Shown here: positions 56,275-64,000 of the stretch, piece by piece
How the letters are laid out: the number at the start of each line of letters is the position of its first letter
Position numbering within the stretch: position 1 is the stretch's first letter
Assembly: GCA_016874675.1 (NCBI GenBank)
Contig: VGTL01000003.1
Span: forward strand, 11,346-75,345
Length of the DNA stretch: 64,000 nt
Direction: 5' to 3'
Origin: Methanobacteriota archaeon
Lineage (GTDB): Archaea > Thermoplasmatota > DTKX01 > VGTL01
Program-made: the position numbers and the translations under genes
The notes under the pieces: model-generated
Databases searched by the model: none
What the model was told of the DNA's origin: nothing
Seen by the model: the letters and a program-made list of their open reading frames with translations, nothing else

Positions 56275-56988
56275 ATGAAGGAGAAGGTCGTCCGGCTCCA
56301 GGACCCGCGCGCGGTGGTCTACGGGGCCGAGAGGCTCTCCCTGCTCGCCCGCCTCCGGGAACGGGCGGAGGGCATCGGCCGGGCGCTCGGCCAGGGCTGG
56401 TACGTGCACGGTTCCATCGCCCGCGGGGACGTGAAGCGGGGCAGCGACATCGACCTCGTGTTCCTCGAGGGCGCGCTCGCGTCGTTCGAGGTCGAGTCCC
56501 GGCTGGAGCGCGCCGGCCTCCACTGGACCTCGCGCGAGGTCGTGCTGGCCACGCCCATGAGCTCCCCCAAGGGGCACCTTCACCTGGACGAGGAGGCGAC
56601 CGTCACGTTCCCGCTTGCCGGCTTCCGCCCGCAGGAGGAGGCGTTCTACAGGTTCGGGGGCCTGCTCCCCGCCCGGGGGCTGGCCGGGGCGCCGAGGGTG
56701 CCGGGCGTGAGCAAGCGACTCCTGCTCGTCATGCCCACCCCGGAGGGACACGTCGAGAGCTCCATCCTGGGCCGCGAGGCCGAGACCGCCAGCATTCTGG
56801 GCGTCCCGGTCGACGTCGTGAACGAGCGCGTGCGCGTCCTGGGCCGCCGGGACAGGATAGGCCGGACGGGCGTGTACCTGCGGGAGGAAGTTGCCGACCG
56901 GAGCTCGCTTGAGGAGACTCTCAGGTTCATCCAGGACCGCGACCCGGTGGTGCGCCGGGCGGCGGGCGGCCGGGGGAAACGTTCCTAG
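56275..56988 (+). CDS. Pol-beta-superfamily nucleotidyltransferase domain protein.
   Basis: GQGWYVHGSIARGDVKRGSDIDLVFL is the G[SG]x9-13Dx[DE] NTase motif. Confidence 0.6.
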   Translation: MKEKVVRLQDPRAVVYGAERLSLLARLRERAEGIGRALGQGWYVHGSIARGDVKRGSDIDLVFLEGALASFEVESRLERAGLHWTSREVVLATPMSSPKGHLHLDEEATVTFPLAGFRPQEEAFYRFGGLLPARGLAGAPRVPGVSKRLLLVMPTPEGHVESSILGREAETASILGVPVDVVNERVRVLGRRDRIGRTGVYLREEVADRSSLEETLRFIQDRDPVVRRAAGGRGKRS

Positions 56989-56994
56989 CTACGT

Positions 56995-57045
56995 CCCCCG
57001 TCCCCCGTCCCCCGGCACCCGGCACCCGGCACCCGGCACCCGGAT
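56995..57045. repeat. Tandem CCCCCGT x3 plus CCGGCACC x4 array. Same unit as the kae1 insertion.
   Basis: cccccgtcccccgtcccccggcacccggcacccggcacccggcacccgg. Confidence 0.65.
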
Positions 57046-57461
57046 CAGGCCCCGCTGCCGGCCCTCTCCTTCAGGAGCGCCAGGAAGGAGGGCAGGTCCT
57101 CCACCGTCCGGCAGCCGCCCCCCGCCAGTCGCCGGAGCCGCGACCATATGAAGTCGTCGGATTCGACCCGGGCGTCCCGGAGCAGGCGCACCAGGCGGTC
57201 GTGGAGCTCCACGCCCTTGCGGTCCCAGTCCGTAAGGACGATGACCTGCCGGTACCTGCGGGAGAGCGCGTCGGTCCGGTCGACCAGGCTCTTTCCGCGG
57301 TTGAGCTTGACCACCTCCCCCTCGAGGCCCAGGGCGCGCAACGCCCCAACGTCCCGCTTGCCCTCGACCAGGACCGGGGATTCCAGGTTCGCCGCGCAAA
57401 GGCGCCCGAGCAGCTTCTCGAGCTCGTCGAGCTCGCGCTTGCGGTCAGCCATCCCTGCCAC
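57045..57461 (-). CDS. Small Toprim-domain protein.
   Basis: ...VLVEGKRDVGALRALGLEG...VIVLTDWDRKGVELHDRL... is a Toprim E...DxD pattern. Confidence 0.5.
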   Translation of the reverse strand: MAGMADRKRELDELEKLLGRLCAANLESPVLVEGKRDVGALRALGLEGEVVKLNRGKSLVDRTDALSRRYRQVIVLTDWDRKGVELHDRLVRLLRDARVESDDFIWSRLRRLAGGGCRTVEDLPSFLALLKERAGSGA

Positions 57462-57861
57462 CGTCCAGACGCGCGGCCAGCCGGCCCAGCGCCTCTTGGG
57501 GCCCGAGCCCCTCCACCTCCACGCCCCTCCACCTGTCGGCCCTCCCGGAGGTGATGCGGAGGGAGCCCTCCTTGACGCCCAGCACGGAGGACAGCACCTC
57601 GAGCAACTCGGCGTCAGCCCGGCCCCTCTCGGCCCTCGAGCCCACGGCCACCCTTATCCGCTTCCGCCAGCGGTCGTACGAGAGCCTCCCCGGCCGGCCG
57701 GAGCCGGGCTGGACCTCGACGAGCAGCAGGCACCCGCCCGGGGCGGGCAGCACGGCCGCCTCCACGCCCCCGCCCTTTTCGGTCGCCCCGCCGGCCCTGG
57801 TCGCCGGGGGGTCCCATGCACCCTTGCACCCTTGCACCCTTGCACCCTTGCACCCTTGCAC
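57445..57861 (-). CDS. DUF167/YggU-like protein. The N-terminal codons derive from a GCACCCTT repeat array.
   Basis: ...LLLVEVQPGSGRPGRLSYDRWRKRIRVAVGSRAERGRADAELLEVLSSVLGVKEGSLRITSG.... The ORF's first 15 codons read KGARVQGCKGA from (aagggtgc)n. True start uncertain. Confidence 0.45.
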   Translation of the reverse strand: MQGCKGARVQGCKGAWDPPATRAGGATEKGGGVEAAVLPAPGGCLLLVEVQPGSGRPGRLSYDRWRKRIRVAVGSRAERGRADAELLEVLSSVLGVKEGSLRITSGRADRWRGVEVEGLGPQEALGRLAARLDGGRDG

Positions 57862-57875
57862 AAACAGCCTTGTTT
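57800..57875. repeat. Tandem GCACCCTT x5 array.
   Basis: gcacccttgcacccttgcacccttgcacccttgcacccttgcac. Confidence 0.7.
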
Positions 57876-58230
57876 TTTGTGCCCCAGGGGCTACTTGCCC
57901 CCATCATGGTTTCCTCCGGGGCCGATTCTCCCTGGGGCCGGATTTCCCCGGGCGTTAACAGGCACCTTCATAGGGCGCAGGGCGCTCTCCGGCGGATGAC
58001 CCCGCCCGGGTGTGCGGAACCGGGGTTGGTCCGGAATCATTTCGCGGCGTTGCGCCGGCCTCATCCGGAGACCCATTTTGCGGTACCGCCTGTTGTGGCC
58101 CCACGTCGTCGCAGCGGTTCACGGCTCCCCGCATATCTGTCATGGGGCGGGATTGCGATGGCGGTCGGCGGATTTAAGCTTTGGCAAAACCGTTAAGTAC
58201 GGCCCGGGCGTTTCATCGGCCGGGAGCACG

Positions 58231-58653
58231 ATGATAGTCCGAAGCGGCCACATAGTCTTCCCGAAGAAGGTCAGGTACAAGGACCTCGCCCGCGTCCTCC
58301 CGGACCTCATGAAGCTGTTCCTCAAGGAGAGCGGCCAGACGCCGGAGGACGAGGCGCTGGTCCGGATACTGATCCGCACCAACGTCGCCGACCTGGCCGC
58401 CAACCGCAAGCCGGAGGGGTACAACCGGGACAACAAGCTCAGGCTCATCTTCCCCATCCGCAAGGGAGGGGAGGTGTGCCTCTACATCTACCGCTCGAGC
58501 CGGAGCGAGGAGGTGGCCCGCATCACCGAGGCCATCAGCGCCCTCCTCAGGCACCGGGGCCTGCCCCACAAGCTGGAGTGGGACAAGATGGTCCTTTACC
58601 ATTACAAGGAGCGGAGGGCGAGGCGCCAGGAGGCGCCGGCCCCCAACGCCTGA
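58231..58653 (+). CDS. Hypothetical protein of 140 aa.
   Basis: MIVRSGHIVFPKKVRYKDLARVLPDLMKLFLKESGQTPEDEALVRILIRTNVADLAANRKPEGYNRDNKL.... No family recognised. Confidence 0.3.
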   Translation: MIVRSGHIVFPKKVRYKDLARVLPDLMKLFLKESGQTPEDEALVRILIRTNVADLAANRKPEGYNRDNKLRLIFPIRKGGEVCLYIYRSSRSEEVARITEAISALLRHRGLPHKLEWDKMVLYHYKERRARRQEAPAPNA

Positions 58654-58745
58654 CTCCGTTTCTATCGGTGAAAGGCACCCGGCGTCACCTATATGATATA
58701 TAATGACTGCGAGCGGGCCGACGGTCCGAAACATTTATAATCGGA

Positions 58746-59471
58746 TTGGAATATCCGGAGAGCATGAACGAATATATTTATCTCGCCCTGTCTGCTGTAG
58801 TGTTCCTAGTGGGCCTGATTATCGGTATCATGCTTCTGCGCCGAAGCATCAGGGAGCAGGAGGAGTACGACCTGAAGTTCCGTACCCTCGCTTCCGCCTC
58901 CGCACCCGCCGCCCCATCGACCGAGGAGGCCCCGCCGGTCCCGGCCAAGGAGGCCGAGGAAGCGCCGGCGCCCGCCTCCGCGCCCACGATCGCGCCGACC
59001 GAGGCGCCGGCCCCGGCCGCCGAGGGTGCCGGCACCACCGAGGCCCAGGCCAAGGAGAAGGTGGAGCAGGCCAAGGGCGAGATCGAGAAGCTGCGGGGAG
59101 ACGGGATCAACGTCGGCTCCGCGGAGAAGCTGCTCCAGCTTGCAACATCCAGCCTTTACAGCGGCGATTTCGATCGCGCCCTGAAATACGCCACCAAGGC
59201 CTCCAAGGTCGGACGGGACCTCAAGGAGCGCGCCTCCGCGGAGAAGCCCGCCGAGGCCGCGCCCGCCGCGAGCTCCGAGGAGAAGGAGGTCGTCGCCCTC
59301 ATCAGCGCCGTTCAGGGCAAGGTCGCCGCCATCAAGGAGGACAGCGTCGAGAAGAGCGAGGTGGAGAACCTGCTGCGGCTGGCCACCTCGTTCGTTCGCA
59401 GCAAGAGCTACGCCAAGGCCCAGCGGTACGCCAAGCAGGCGGAGGAGAAGGCCAACGCGCTGGCGAAGTAG
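58746..59471 (+). CDS. N-terminally membrane-anchored protein with an Ala/Pro/Glu-rich linker and two copies of the helical motif found in the giant 30339-39824 protein.
   Basis: TM helix IYLALSAVVFLVGLIIGIMLL. Motifs GINVGSAEKLLQLATSSLYSGDFDRALKYATKA and SEVENLLRLATSFVRSKSYAKAQRYAKQA. Confidence 0.5.
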   Translation: MEYPESMNEYIYLALSAVVFLVGLIIGIMLLRRSIREQEEYDLKFRTLASASAPAAPSTEEAPPVPAKEAEEAPAPASAPTIAPTEAPAPAAEGAGTTEAQAKEKVEQAKGEIEKLRGDGINVGSAEKLLQLATSSLYSGDFDRALKYATKASKVGRDLKERASAEKPAEAAPAASSEEKEVVALISAVQGKVAAIKEDSVEKSEVENLLRLATSFVRSKSYAKAQRYAKQAEEKANALAK

Positions 59472-59513
59472 TCTTTCCTTTTTAACCTCGATTCCCATAG
59501 TCCGGGGGACCAG

Positions 59514-60173
59514 ATGGTGTACACGCTCGAGGAGGGGAAGCTGGCCGTTTCCGTGGCCCGCCGGGTGGTGGAGGGCTGGGTCCAGGGCAACAAGAAGGAG
59601 TACAGGCCGCCCCGGGACCTCCCCGGGTCCTTCCGCCGGGACTCCGGCGTCTTCGTCACGCTCAATACCTACCCCGACCGGGCCCTGCGCGGCTGCATCG
59701 GCTACCCCGAGCCGGTCATGCCGCTCATCGACGCCATAATCGATTCGGCCAAGAGCGCCTCCACCCGGGACCCGCGCTTTCCCCCGGTGACCGCTAAGGA
59801 GCTCGACAGAATCGTGGTCGAGGTGAGCCTGCTCACCCCGCCCGAGCTCATCCGGGTGGGCAGCCCCAAGGAATACCTCGATGTCGTGAAGATCGGCCGG
59901 GACGGCCTCATCGCCGACAACGGGATACTGCGGGGCCTGCTGCTGCCCCAGGTGCCGGTGGAGTGGAAGTGGACCGTGCACGAGTTCCTCGACCACACCT
60001 GCAACAAGGCCGGGCTTCCCATGGACGCCTGGACCGACCCGGAGACCAAGATGTACCGCTTCACCGCCGAGGTCTTCGACGAGGTCAGGCCGCGCGGCGA
60101 GGTCGAAGCCCGGGCACTGGACAACGGCCAGTCCCAGAAGAACGGGCCGACGGTGCCGGCCGCGCGAAAATGA
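59514..60173 (+). CDS. AMMECR1-domain protein.
   Basis: ...GVFVTLNTYPDRALRGCIGYPEPVMPLIDAI...DPRFPPV.... Confidence 0.8.
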   Translation: MVYTLEEGKLAVSVARRVVEGWVQGNKKEYRPPRDLPGSFRRDSGVFVTLNTYPDRALRGCIGYPEPVMPLIDAIIDSAKSASTRDPRFPPVTAKELDRIVVEVSLLTPPELIRVGSPKEYLDVVKIGRDGLIADNGILRGLLLPQVPVEWKWTVHEFLDHTCNKAGLPMDAWTDPETKMYRFTAEVFDEVRPRGEVEARALDNGQSQKNGPTVPAARK

Positions 60174-60174
60174 T

Positions 60175-60265
60175 GCTGGGTGCGGGGAGCGGGGTGCAGG
60201 GGGACGGACGCGGCCACACGCCCCCGCACCCAGCCCCCTGCACCCCGCACCCGGAGGCGGAGCGT
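60175..60265. repeat. Self-complementary GGTGCGGGG ... CCCCGCACC palindrome.
   Basis: ggtgcggggagcggggtgcagggggacggacgcggccacacgcccccgcacccagccccctgcaccccgcacc. Confidence 0.6.
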
Positions 60266-60271
60266 GCAAGC

Positions 60272-60712
60272 ATGGACTGGGAACCCGTAAGGTACAGGTA
60301 CGCCACCTCCCTGAGATGGACCGGGGAGCACAAGGGCGACCTCTCGTGCGAGGGGAAGCCCACGCTGAAAGTAGCCTGCCCCCCGGAGTGGGGCGGCCAC
60401 GCGGGCATCTGGTCCCCGGAGGACCTCTTCGTCGGGTCCCTCGAGGTCTGCACGCTGACGACCTTCCTCTTCCTCTTGGACAAGCTCCGCGGCCGCATCT
60501 CGTCCTACGAGAGCTCGGCGGCGGGCACGGCCCAGATGGTCGACCACGATTTCGTGTTCAAGGACATCGTGATCGAGGTGAAGGTGGTGGTCCCCACGGC
60601 CGCCGACTCGGAGAAGGCCGAAAGGGTGTTCTCCGAGATCGGCAAGCTCTGCCTCATAACGAAGAGCGTGAACTGCGAGGTCGGGGTCAGGCCCGAGATA
60701 GCCGTCGGGTGA
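60272..60712 (+). CDS. OsmC/Ohr-family peroxiredoxin-like protein.
   Basis: ...CPPEWGGHAGIWSPEDLFVGSLEVCTLTTF...KLCLITKSV.. is the OsmC pattern with two Cys. Confidence 0.7.
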   Translation: MDWEPVRYRYATSLRWTGEHKGDLSCEGKPTLKVACPPEWGGHAGIWSPEDLFVGSLEVCTLTTFLFLLDKLRGRISSYESSAAGTAQMVDHDFVFKDIVIEVKVVVPTAADSEKAERVFSEIGKLCLITKSVNCEVGVRPEIAVG

Positions 60713-60810
60713 GCCCCGGGGCCGCCGGATTTGTGCGACATTGTGGCATATATATTAAAGCGGAGCCGGCTATGCTCGGCGCGTCCAAGAAGGCACGGGA
60801 GTGGAGAAAC

Positions 60811-61179
60811 ATGGCGGACAAGCAGAAGATGTTGTATGTCGTGACGTCGGGGCCCGACCGGGCCGAGCAGCTGTACGCGCCATTCGTGCTGGCCCAGACG
60901 GCCGTGGCGATGGGGATGGAGGCGACAGTCTACTTCGTCATCAAGGGCGTGATGGCGGTCAAGAAGGGAGAGGCCGACAAGATCAAGATGGGCTCCTTCC
61001 CCAGGCTCAGCGAGGTCATGCAGGGGGCCATCAAGGCCGGCGTCAAGGTCATGGTCTGCGAGCAGAGCTGCGGCCTCCTGGGCATCCCGAAGGGCTCGTT
61101 CGAGGAGTGGGCGAAGATAGTGGGCGCCGCCACCCTCAACGACCTTACACTGGACGCCGACGGCGTGCTGTGCTTCTGA
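60811..61179 (+). CDS. DsrE/DsrF-like (YchN fold) small protein.
   Basis: MLYVVTSGPDRAEQLYAPFVLAQTAVAMGMEATVYFVIKGV...VMVCEQSCGLLGI. Confidence 0.5.
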   Translation: MADKQKMLYVVTSGPDRAEQLYAPFVLAQTAVAMGMEATVYFVIKGVMAVKKGEADKIKMGSFPRLSEVMQGAIKAGVKVMVCEQSCGLLGIPKGSFEEWAKIVGAATLNDLTLDADGVLCF

Positions 61180-61184
61180 AAAAA

Positions 61185-61250
61185 AAGTCGCACGGCGCAG
61201 GGCGCAAGGTCCCTTGCGCCATGGGCCTTGCGCCTCCGTAGACGACCGGC
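61185..61250. repeat. Short GCGCAGGG/GCGCAAGG ... CCTTGCGCC palindrome.
   Basis: gcacggcgcagggcgcaaggtcccttgcgccatgggccttgcgcctcc. Confidence 0.55.
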
Positions 61251-61349
61251 CCTAGGCCGGTCGTCCCGGCCTAAGCGAGCTTCGCTCGCTTGCGGTGCAC
61301 CCTCTCACCGACCGCAACGGCTATTAGCCCCGACGGGCATCCGAATGCG

Positions 61350-62390
61350 ATGGCCGACGGCTTCGAGCGGGTGGCCCGGAACGCCGAGGAGATCGTGACC
61401 CGCGAAGAGCTGCGGGAGCTCTGCGGCCGTACGACGAAGCGGGCCTACATCGGCATCGAGCCCTCGGGCCAGGCCCACCTGGGCTGGAAGATTGTCGCCG
61501 AGAAGGTGCGCGACCTTTCGGCGGCCGGTTTCGACATGACCGTCCTTCTGGCCGACTGGCACGCCCACATCAACGACAAGTTCGGCGGGGACCTGGACAG
61601 GATACGCACCGCCGCCGAGTACATCAAGGACGCCCTGGAGGCGCTCGGAGTCCCCCGGGAGAGCGTCCGGTACGTCCACGCCTCGGAGTACATCGGCGAC
61701 CCCGGGTACTGGGAGCGGATAATCCGCATCTCCAAGGCGACCTCGCTCTCCAGGATAAAGCGCGCCATGGACATCATGGGGCGCAAGGAGGACGAGCTCG
61801 AGCTCGATTCCTCCCGCCTCATCTACCCCATGATGCAGGTCGCCGACATATTCCACCTCGACGTCGATCTGGCGTACGGCGGCCTGGACCAGCGCAAGGC
61901 CCACATGCTCGCCCGCGACGTCGGCGAGAAGTACGGATGGAAGAAGGTGACGGCCCTCCACACGCCGCTCCTGCCCAGCCTCACCGGCGCTGACCGCATG
62001 GACCCGCTCGACGCCAAGATGTCCAAGAGCCGGCCGGACTCGGCCGTCTTCGTCACCGACTCCGAGGAGGACATCCGCCGCAAGATAAAGGGGGCGTTCT
62101 GCCCGGCCAGGCAGGTGGAGGGGAACCCCGTGCTGGACCTGTGCCGCCTGGTGCTGTTCCCGTACTCCGGGCCCCTGAAGGTATCCCGGCCGGCAAAGTA
62201 CGGCGGGGACCTGGTCGTGGGGAGCTACCCCGAGCTCGCCGGGATGCACGCCTCCGAGAAGCTGCACCCGGCCGACCTCAAGTCCGCCGTCGCGGGGGCG
62301 CTCATGGAGATGCTGGCGCCGGCCCGCCGCTTCTTCGAGGGGCACCCCGACAATTTCGAGGCGGTCAGGAAGTTCACTGCCACGAGGTGA
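61350..62390 (+). CDS. tyrS: Tyrosyl-tRNA synthetase (archaeal type).
   Basis: ...AYIGIEPSGQAHLG (HIGH-like) ... KMSKS present (DAKMSKSRPD). Confidence 0.9.
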   Translation: MADGFERVARNAEEIVTREELRELCGRTTKRAYIGIEPSGQAHLGWKIVAEKVRDLSAAGFDMTVLLADWHAHINDKFGGDLDRIRTAAEYIKDALEALGVPRESVRYVHASEYIGDPGYWERIIRISKATSLSRIKRAMDIMGRKEDELELDSSRLIYPMMQVADIFHLDVDLAYGGLDQRKAHMLARDVGEKYGWKKVTALHTPLLPSLTGADRMDPLDAKMSKSRPDSAVFVTDSEEDIRRKIKGAFCPARQVEGNPVLDLCRLVLFPYSGPLKVSRPAKYGGDLVVGSYPELAGMHASEKLHPADLKSAVAGALMEMLAPARRFFEGHPDNFEAVRKFTATR

Positions 62391-62399
62391 GGGCGGCCT

Positions 62400-62570
62400 C
62401 GATATTATTGTGAGAATAGGGCAGCAAGGCAGGAAGGCAGAAGGGCAGCAAGGGAGGGCAGGAAGGCAGCAAGGGAGGACGGCCGTCCCCCTCCAGCCAT
62501 CCCTCCTTCTTGCTCCCTTGCTGCCTTGCTGCCTTGCTGCCTTGCTGCCTTCCCGCCTCATATCACAAAC
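62400..62570. repeat. Composite palindrome (GGCAGCAAGG/GGCAGGAAGG ... CCTTGCTGCC).
   Basis: gggcagcaaggcaggaaggcagaagggcagcaagggagggcaggaaggcagcaaggg ... cccttgctgccttgctgccttgctgccttgctgccttcc. Confidence 0.7.
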
Positions 62571-62601
62571 TATATCCGTCCCCGCGCCACATTCGTAGCC
62601 G

Positions 62602-64000
62602 ATGGGGCTCGGGCCAGGCGGGGCGGCCCGCCTTTCACTGAAGAACCTGCGAAGGCGAAGCGCCGTCCCCCTGCTCCTGGCGCTGCTCGTGCCGTCGGCG
62701 TCCGTGATGGTCCCGCTAGCGATGGGCGCCTCGTTCGAGGAGAGCCTCAGGCGGGACATCATCGAGAAGCTGGGCCCGGTGGACGAGATCGTGCGCTCCG
62801 CGGGCGTGATGCGGCCGGGGCTCTTCGACGACCTGGCGGCCGACCCGCGGCTGGGCGACCTCACCGACGGACTGGCGCCGGCGCTCATCCTGCCCGGGAT
62901 ACTGACCGGCCCCTCCGGGGAGCTCAGGGACACCCGGGTCGACGTGATAGGCATCGACGGCCGGGCCTCCGGGTTCGGCGCCTTCGCCGATGTCAAGGGG
63001 GGCCGGCCCGGGCTGCCCATCGCGCCCGGCGAGGTCTACCTGGGCGACGACTGCGCCAGGCGCCTGAACGTTTCGACCGGCGACTTTCTGCCGGCCGTCA
63101 TAAGGGACGCCGCCTTCTCCCTGGAGAGCGTCTACACCCCCGGGGCCCCGACGCACAATGCCACCCTGCGCGTCGCCTCCGTGGTCGGCCCGACCGGCCT
63201 GGGGGGGCTCCGCCTCGTCCCGCGGGGCCCCGACCGCCGAACCGCCTACGTCGACCTGGACTGGCTCATGGAGGCCACCGGGAGCGGCGGGATGAACGCC
63301 GTCCTGGTCTCCAACAACGGCGACGCCCGGGCCGGCCTGGGGGGCACCGCGGCGGTCTCGGCGCGCCTTGCGGAGCTCCTGGACGGCCTGGTCGGCCTCC
63401 GCGAGGGCGGTTTCACGCTGACGGCCGCCCAGGGCTACGTCAAGCTCGAGAACCGCAACATCTTCTTCAATAGCCGCTACGGGGACCTGGTCCGAGCCTC
63501 GGACCCGCGCGTTTCGGCGGTCTCGGTCCAGACCTCCTATTTCGTGAACATGCTCATGGCCAACGGCTCGCACATCGCCTACTCCACCGTCACGGCCCTC
63601 GACCCGGCGGCGGACGCCCCGTTCGGCCTTTTCACCGACAACGAGACGGGCCTCTTCACCCGGGGCGACCTCACCGACGACGAGATCATCCTGACCTCCT
63701 ACGCCGCCGGGAGGCTGGGCGTCGGCGTCGGAGAGGCCGTCACCCTCAACTACACGGTCTACGACAGCGCCTTCCGCCAGGAGCTCCGCTACGCCGGGTT
63801 CAAGGTGAGGCAGGTCGTCGAACTCGAGGGAAAGGCGGACGACCCGGAGCTCATGCCGCCCTTCCCGGGCATCAAGGGCAAGGCCTCCTGCGGCGACTGG
63901 AGCCCGCCCGTCCCCATCGACCGCGACATAATGGTCGGCGAGGACCTCACCTACTGGCAACAGCACGGCGGGGCGCCCAAGGCCTACATATCATCGGAGG
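62602..64000 (+). CDS. Partial (5' portion) exported/membrane protein resembling an FtsX/MacB-type ABC permease with a large extracytoplasmic domain. Continues past the window end.
   Basis: The open frame from the ATG at 62602 runs through 64000 with coding-like composition. The ORF track omits it because it has no stop. N-terminal hydrophobic helix AVPLLLALLVPSASVMVPLAMGA. Confidence 0.4.
   Translation, partial: MGLGPGGAARLSLKNLRRRSAVPLLLALLVPSASVMVPLAMGASFEESLRRDIIEKLGPVDEIVRSAGVMRPGLFDDLAADPRLGDLTDGLAPALILPGILTGPSGELRDTRVDVIGIDGRASGFGAFADVKGGRPGLPIAPGEVYLGDDCARRLNVSTGDFLPAVIRDAAFSLESVYTPGAPTHNATLRVASVVGPTGLGGLRLVPRGPDRRTAYVDLDWLMEATGSGGMNAVLVSNNGDARAGLGGTAAVSARLAELLDGLVGLREGGFTLTAAQGYVKLENRNIFFNSRYGDLVRASDPRVSAVSVQTSYFVNMLMANGSHIAYSTVTALDPAADAPFGLFTDNETGLFTRGDLTDDEIILTSYAAGRLGVGVGEAVTLNYTVYDSAFRQELRYAGFKVRQVVELEGKADDPELMPPFPGIKGKASCGDWSPPVPIDRDIMVGEDLTYWQQHGGAPKAYISSE

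Overview
This window is high-GC (about 65-70% GC by eye) archaeal DNA and reads as euryarchaeal. The evidence for archaeal origin is a tRNA with an anticodon-loop intron and genes for the ribosomal protein S8e, SRP19, the proteasome-activating nucleotidase PAN, an archaeal MBF1, Kae1-Bud32, an archaeal-type TyrRS and three PGF-CTERM surface proteins. Most of the window is housekeeping: hutU, a transaldolase/FSA, rpe, purH, purN, uppP, leuBCD, kae1-bud32-rdgB, tyrS, OsmC, AMMECR1 and an MMPL/RND exporter. Three tandem PGF-CTERM S-layer-like glycoprotein paralogs and at least two cadherin-like surface proteins are also present.

The main finding is a compact eukaryote-like ubiquitin-type conjugation cassette at 29.4-41.9 kb. 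It encodes an E1-like ThiF/UBA activating enzyme, then a 3161-aa helical-repeat protein that ends in a C4HC3 RING-variant/PHD-like zinc finger and is translationally coupled to the E1 gene. It is followed by a small ubiquitin-like beta-grasp protein ending in ...GG-A, a UBC-fold E2-like protein, and a JAMM/MPN+ metalloprotease with a C-terminal membrane anchor.

The second notable feature is a family of intergenic composite palindromes. Each is a tandem array of a G-rich 7-8-mer, a short spacer, and the complementary C-rich array. They sit at many gene 3' ends. One copy is inserted in-frame inside kae1, and several gene 5' ends run into them.

Other points of interest are a membrane-tethered double winged-HTH regulator with a roughly 700-aa extracellular domain, a Glu/Leu-dehydrogenase-like paralog pair (one interrupted by an in-frame TAA, one fused to a GltB-like domain), an inverted duplicate of the tRNA 3' end immediately downstream of the tRNA, and an AT-rich divergent promoter island. 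All calls come from reading the translations by eye. No database searches were run. Start codons and boundaries are approximate to within a few codons where noted.
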